Of a stretch of DNA of 64,000 nucleotides, positions 59,124 through 64,000 are shown in pieces. This DNA is from a bacterium (GTDB lineage Bacteria; Patescibacteriota; Saccharimonadia; Saccharimonadales; DATKHC01). The stretch lies in the NCBI GenBank assembly GCA_021781215.1, contig JAJXXC010000002.1, forward strand, positions 83,371-147,370, in the 5' to 3' direction. How positions within the stretch are numbered: position 1 is the stretch's first letter; each line of letters begins with the position of its first letter. The position numbers were made by a program, and so were the translations under genes. The notes beneath the pieces were generated by a model. That model had not been told where the DNA came from. It saw nothing but the letters and a program-made list of their open reading frames with translations, and did not search any database.

Positions 59124-61820
59124 ATGTCACTAGACTTTTTAGAAAATGGTTACCAAGATGACTCTAATACATACAGCCCACTAAACTTTGAGTCTGGAGA
59201 TCTGATCCCATCGCCCGATACTCTCAAAGAACAAGAAAATGCAGACGAGCAAGCAGAAAATAGCGAAAACTTATACAATCCCAAAAAAAGTAACAATAAG
59301 CTCTCTAAGAAGCTGTTTTCTGCTGTTAAAAAGAATAAGGCCCTCGCTTTAGCTGGAGGAGGAATTGGTGGCGGAGTGCTAGTTCTTATAGTCTTAGTGT
59401 TTATTCTGGCTCAACAATTACCAAGTTTTGCTGCTCTTTTAGCCTCTCAATCAATGGCAAGAGCTAATCGTGCGTTTGAAAATAATACAACTCAACTCAC
59501 CTCGGAAGATATAGCGCTATCAGAAGAATCTTCAGCTAACAAATCAATAATTGAATCTAGCTACAGTGACGCTAATACGGGCGGTCTTTTATCAAAATTA
59601 AAAAGCTATACACCAAGTGGGGCAATAAATAATCTTGAAGGTGCCGGGACGCTTGAATATAATTATGGAAAAGTCAGTAGTGGAGTTGGAAAGTTAATAG
59701 GAGCAAAAGAGCTTAAAAGTATAACCGTTAATACGCCGACGGGCAGTCAGGAATTTTTAGCATCAGATATAGCTCCCAGTAAATGGGATACAGTAATGCA
59801 TCCTTTGCAAACATTTAATAATCGCGCATCATCTATATCTGATTTTTCTAATGCCCTTGGTTCGGTTGATGAATCAGGCTCCGTATTGCTTAGGTTTGGT
59901 GTTTTAAAACAATTAGTATCTGACCTGGGCGGAAACCCTTTGTCGGGTATATTTAGCTCCAAATTCATAAATAAATCTGCAAACGCATCTGATATAGAAC
60001 TTGATATGGAGGCGCAGCAAGCTATAAGCCCTCCGAGCGATATTCCCGTCACACCCCTTACAGATGCCCTTAACAGTGCTGTGACCGATGCACAAAATGT
60101 TCAAAATGCTGACGCTACAAATCCAGCTGCAATCGAAAACATCATTAAAAATGGCGGAACGCAAACTGATGTTAATAACGCCATAACTAAGGCCACGTCA
60201 AGCCTAACAAATAGTAGTCTTTTGTCTAAGCTTAGCATTACTTACGCGATTGGTGTTCCGGCATGTATTATTTTTGACGGTTCGCTGCAAACTCCGAACG
60301 CAAACAAAACAATCGACAAACAAGACAGTGAGGTTGCTAGAACCTACCTGCTAGTTGAAAGTAGTGCAGCCCAAGAAAAGGCCGGTCAACTGAATGCTGC
60401 TGCTGCGGGCGCTATTAACAGAAAGCTTGGAAACATTACTCAATCAAATGTTTATTCTAAAGCTTACGGCAAATCCTTTAATACCAATAGCAATATACTA
60501 AGCCCTCAGGCGGGTGTAGATGGACAATATTCCATATTCTCCGCTCTTTTTCCACAAAAAATAGCCGGAACCATAAATCCTATAGCCAGTAAATTATGTC
60601 CTATATTAACTAGCCCCAAAGTAGCAATTGCGGTTATTGGAGCTCAGGTCCTTTCGTATATTGGAGGCATCTTTACTGGTGGGCTATCCGACGCGGTAGA
60701 AGTAAATGCCACAATAGCTGCCAAAGAGGCTGTTGATGAGGCTCTTTCGACCGGAATTTCAGATATTACATCTGGAATAACTCAGGATGTAGTATCTAGT
60801 GTTGCGGCAAACGGGTCTGCAAAACAAATAGCATCTCAAACCCTTGGAGGTATTCTAAAAGAACAAAGTGCTAAATTGTATGAATATGTTATGGGGGGTA
60901 ATTTAACAAAAACTGTCGGCACGACTGCTGGAGCTGTCGCTACAACCTACGGATTAACCATGCTCGCACAACAAGTAGTAAGACAAGACCTGGGAACTAC
61001 TTATAATGGGTATAGCCAGGGAACAGATTTTGCTAATCAGGCTGCGGCGGGAGGGAATGTGCTTGCAAATCAAACAATGCAACATCAGTATTTCGGTGCG
61101 CCATTAAGCACTCAACAGGTCGCCATCAATAATGCCAGTGACATAAAATATTTAGCAAAACAAAATAGTACGAAATCTGCTTATCAAAGGTATCTTGCAA
61201 TAGACAACCCATACTCATTAATATCAAAACTTTCTTTAAATCTATATTCCGACATAACTAGCCTCTCGCCAAAATCACTTATTCAAAAAATTGCTTCAAT
61301 GATTAATCCAACGAAGCTATTCTCTGACCTATTTTTATTATTCAGGGGCAAAACAATAGCCGCCACGCCGAACACAACAGATGAGAGTAATTATGGTATT
61401 GTTCAATGGGGATATACTGGTGCAGAAGAGGCTCTAATAAACCCAACCACAGGCGACCCAAGCTATCAGCCACTAGAAAACGCCAAAGCACTAACCCAGC
61501 AGACTGAAAAAGTATTACCGAGCGGACAAACTGTTGGTCAATACATAGATAGTACCTATAGCCCTTGTTTCAGTGACAGTATGGGAACTCTATTAACGAC
61601 TAGCCCCTCGACCGGACCAGACACTACTGATAAATACATCGTAAGAAGTTCGACCGGTGATGTCATTGGAGGATTGTGTAGTCAGAAATATCTAGGGCCT
61701 AACAGCATGGATCCCACTATTGCTCCGTACGGAAAAGACTTAATCTTTAGGTGGAGAGTTGATAGCGCCTATCAACAGTCATTAGATTTATTAAATGGGG
61801 TCCAGAATGCTAATCAATAG
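59124..61820 (+). CDS. large membrane-associated protein of the T4SS locus
   Basis: 898 aa, N-terminal TM, internal Gly/Ala-rich hydrophobic helices. Confidence 0.7.
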   Translation: MSLDFLENGYQDDSNTYSPLNFESGDLIPSPDTLKEQENADEQAENSENLYNPKKSNNKLSKKLFSAVKKNKALALAGGGIGGGVLVLIVLVFILAQQLPSFAALLASQSMARANRAFENNTTQLTSEDIALSEESSANKSIIESSYSDANTGGLLSKLKSYTPSGAINNLEGAGTLEYNYGKVSSGVGKLIGAKELKSITVNTPTGSQEFLASDIAPSKWDTVMHPLQTFNNRASSISDFSNALGSVDESGSVLLRFGVLKQLVSDLGGNPLSGIFSSKFINKSANASDIELDMEAQQAISPPSDIPVTPLTDALNSAVTDAQNVQNADATNPAAIENIIKNGGTQTDVNNAITKATSSLTNSSLLSKLSITYAIGVPACIIFDGSLQTPNANKTIDKQDSEVARTYLLVESSAAQEKAGQLNAAAAGAINRKLGNITQSNVYSKAYGKSFNTNSNILSPQAGVDGQYSIFSALFPQKIAGTINPIASKLCPILTSPKVAIAVIGAQVLSYIGGIFTGGLSDAVEVNATIAAKEAVDEALSTGISDITSGITQDVVSSVAANGSAKQIASQTLGGILKEQSAKLYEYVMGGNLTKTVGTTAGAVATTYGLTMLAQQVVRQDLGTTYNGYSQGTDFANQAAAGGNVLANQTMQHQYFGAPLSTQQVAINNASDIKYLAKQNSTKSAYQRYLAIDNPYSLISKLSLNLYSDITSLSPKSLIQKIASMINPTKLFSDLFLLFRGKTIAATPNTTDESNYGIVQWGYTGAEEALINPTTGDPSYQPLENAKALTQQTEKVLPSGQTVGQYIDSTYSPCFSDSMGTLLTTSPSTGPDTTDKYIVRSSTGDVIGGLCSQKYLGPNSMDPTIAPYGKDLIFRWRVDSAYQQSLDLLNGVQNANQ

Positions 61821-63306
61821 ATTAAAAAAATTCTTAACTGTTGTACTCTCATTACTATCAACTATTATTTTAGTCTGCTATGGAATAGCAGGTGCGTCTC
61901 CTAGCAGTGACCTCCAGTCTATATTAGACGGAACGTCCTACTATAATCCTTCTGCAACATCGTGTGGAGCATATGGAACGGTTCCAATTCCAACCATTTC
62001 TGCAAATGCTGCATCGAGCGGTACTTGGACAGGGGGGCCAAAGACAGGCCCATATTACTTAGAAGAGTTTGCAATTCAAGTATTACAAGATGTAGCAAAA
62101 AAAACCAACACCCCAGTCGGAAATGTTTTAACCCAAGAACACGTTATCGCGTTAATTGGCTGGTTTTATAGAGAAGGCGGTGACATAGCCGATGGTCCTC
62201 CGCAAAACAACAATTATCCAAATTTATTCAATCCTCTCAATACGTCTATTAATGACCCTACTATTGAAAACACAAACGCACCAGGAGGAGTTGAGTCATT
62301 TCTGTCTTTCAACGATGGGGTAGAGGGGACTGCCAGGACTATAGTCGGGTCTTATCAAAACCGTATTGCTGCAATATTAACCCAACAATATTCAACCGCA
62401 GAACAAGTTGCGGAGACCATTGCTAATTTTCAAAATTATCCAGGTAATCTTGCTTGGGCATCACCAGGGGGGAACCCAACACAAGCTGAAGTGATAGCAG
62501 ATAATCAAAATGTTTATCTTCCGTCATTATTAACCCAGATAGAACAAGCTAGAACTAATTACATAAATGAAGCGACTCTAGAACTAGGCACTCCGCAGGC
62601 AGAATCGTTTATACCCAGTGATCATGTAGCTGCTAGCCTACTCCAATACCAACCGACCGCAAGTAGCTCTACAGGAATTAGCACTAACATCGGTAATCAA
62701 CCCGATACCAGTGCTAGCGCCTCAGGATGTGCAACTAACGTCTCGTGTAACAATAGTGCACCGACATCAGCTAGCTCGTCGCAGCTTACCCAAGTGAGAC
62801 AAAATATAGTTTGCATTGCCACCAATGAACTACAAGAACACTGGACGCCAATATCTTCAACAACTAAATACTCATACTACTTAACATACACTCAGGGCGC
62901 GACAGAAGAATGGTGTGCAGATTTTGCTAGCTGGGTTTATAATCAAGCCGGCGCACCGTTTGGTGTTAATGGAAACTGGCGAGAACCTTCGGTCGCTGGA
63001 ATTGTGTCGTTAGCCCAACAAAGCCAGGGTTTCCAGTGGCATCCACAATCATCAGGATACATACCAGTACCCGGAGATCTAGCGATTTATTATGACTCCT
63101 CCAGTTCTGCCCCGTATTATCACGTAACAGTTGTTGTTGCTGTTAATGGTGGTTCAGTTATTACAATAGGTGGTGATCAAACAAACCCCTTATATCCAAA
63201 CAATACAAACTATGGCAACAGTAACAGCAATTCTGTTGTGTCTATATCTGGTAATCAAAGTGAATATAGTAGCGGGGGGATAGCTGGCTATGTATCGCCA
63301 GATTAA
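61807..63306 (+). CDS. secreted cell-wall hydrolase with C-terminal CHAP domain (VirB1-like)
   Basis: Signal peptide; WCADFASWVY, PVPGDL, HVTVV, IGGDQ, GYVSP. Confidence 0.8.
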   Translation: MLINRLKKFLTVVLSLLSTIILVCYGIAGASPSSDLQSILDGTSYYNPSATSCGAYGTVPIPTISANAASSGTWTGGPKTGPYYLEEFAIQVLQDVAKKTNTPVGNVLTQEHVIALIGWFYREGGDIADGPPQNNNYPNLFNPLNTSINDPTIENTNAPGGVESFLSFNDGVEGTARTIVGSYQNRIAAILTQQYSTAEQVAETIANFQNYPGNLAWASPGGNPTQAEVIADNQNVYLPSLLTQIEQARTNYINEATLELGTPQAESFIPSDHVAASLLQYQPTASSSTGISTNIGNQPDTSASASGCATNVSCNNSAPTSASSSQLTQVRQNIVCIATNELQEHWTPISSTTKYSYYLTYTQGATEEWCADFASWVYNQAGAPFGVNGNWREPSVAGIVSLAQQSQGFQWHPQSSGYIPVPGDLAIYYDSSSSAPYYHVTVVVAVNGGSVITIGGDQTNPLYPNNTNYGNSNSNSVVSISGNQSEYSSGGIAGYVSPD

Positions 63307-63315
63307 GGAAGTATT

Positions 63316-63960
63316 ATGACAAAGACACGAATATCGGTATTTATAGTAATTATATTGTCACTATTTCTTTTGATGTTTATTAATAGTAAAAATAGTGGTT
63401 TTCGAATAATTAAATATAGCCCTCCCCTGAATAGCGTATCGACTATTACCCCGTATATCGATGTAGATTTTAGTGATCCGTTAGCAAGTACTGGATTATA
63501 TATTTACTCTTATCAAAACATCGTCAGTTCTTACAAAATATTCAATTCAAACTACTTACGAATTTATTTAAAAGTTCCTCTTCAAATAGGTATAAAATAT
63601 CAACTAAAATTTGTTAGCGTTATGAATAAATCAAATGGCTATATCAAGGACAGCGTTATATCATTCTCGCCCAAGAACGTTGGTGCGTCGTCTCTAACCA
63701 AAGATCAAATTAAATATTTAACCGATACTCAAAACAAATCGACAACTCAAATATATAACACTAGCCTTGTTGGTATATTGCCATACCTGTCTCCTGGTGA
63801 CGAGTTTTTAGTTAGCTATGAACAAATTAACGGAACACCCTATATTACAATAACTAGTGCATCTCAACAAGGATACAATAATGGTATTTTATGGATATCT
63901 AGCCAAGGATATAACCCCTCGAAATTAAACATAAAATATATAGACCAACAGCCTTACTGA
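63316..63960 (+). CDS. membrane-anchored protein with Ig-like (Big_5-like) domain
   Basis: N-terminal TM; YSPP...V.T...IDVDFSDPL, L..G.KYQL. Confidence 0.6.
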   Translation: MTKTRISVFIVIILSLFLLMFINSKNSGFRIIKYSPPLNSVSTITPYIDVDFSDPLASTGLYIYSYQNIVSSYKIFNSNYLRIYLKVPLQIGIKYQLKFVSVMNKSNGYIKDSVISFSPKNVGASSLTKDQIKYLTDTQNKSTTQIYNTSLVGILPYLSPGDEFLVSYEQINGTPYITITSASQQGYNNGILWISSQGYNPSKLNIKYIDQQPY

Positions 63961-64000
63961 GTAACGATTATATTGGCCGTTTTATCAAAATGCTTAATTA

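Noticed and set aside
53062..63960. T4SS as part of an ICE or plasmid
   Set aside because: No relaxase, integrase, replication gene or att boundary in the window; the layout fits the chromosomal Patescibacteria locus. Sequence beyond 64 kb is not visible.

Overview
AT-rich bacterial chromosomal window, most consistent with Patescibacteria/CPR, probably Saccharibacteria. This is inferred from gene content: bifunctional PGI/PMI, a TrbC/VirB2 pilin array beside a PrgI-VirB4-CHAP T4SS locus, SD-poor starts and genetic code 11. From 1 to 32.5 kb it is mostly housekeeping and envelope genes: polA, rpoD, dnaG, orn, mscL, argS, a CDP-alcohol transferase/PHP/CarS-like lipid operon, a two-component system, groES-groEL with CIRCE, murE, tsaD, valS, murD+murL, NRAMP and yajQ. 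From 32.6 to 44.8 kb is an accessory region downstream of tRNA-Arg(GCG). Its genes are separated by same-orientation ~29-45 bp repeats containing the tRNA 3' end, which looks like a tandem, integrase-less cassette array. Cargo includes a sortase-anchored DUF3494 ice-binding protein with a class F sortase, a lone cytochrome b fusion and two related secreted beta-rich proteins. From 45.5 to 46.2 kb a PD-(D/E)XK endonuclease lies between two tRNA-Ser genes and reads into the second. From 48.2 to 64 kb are six VirB2-like pilins (one a 714-aa fusion) and a divergent T4SS-like operon. All family calls are by motif recognition; no searches were run.
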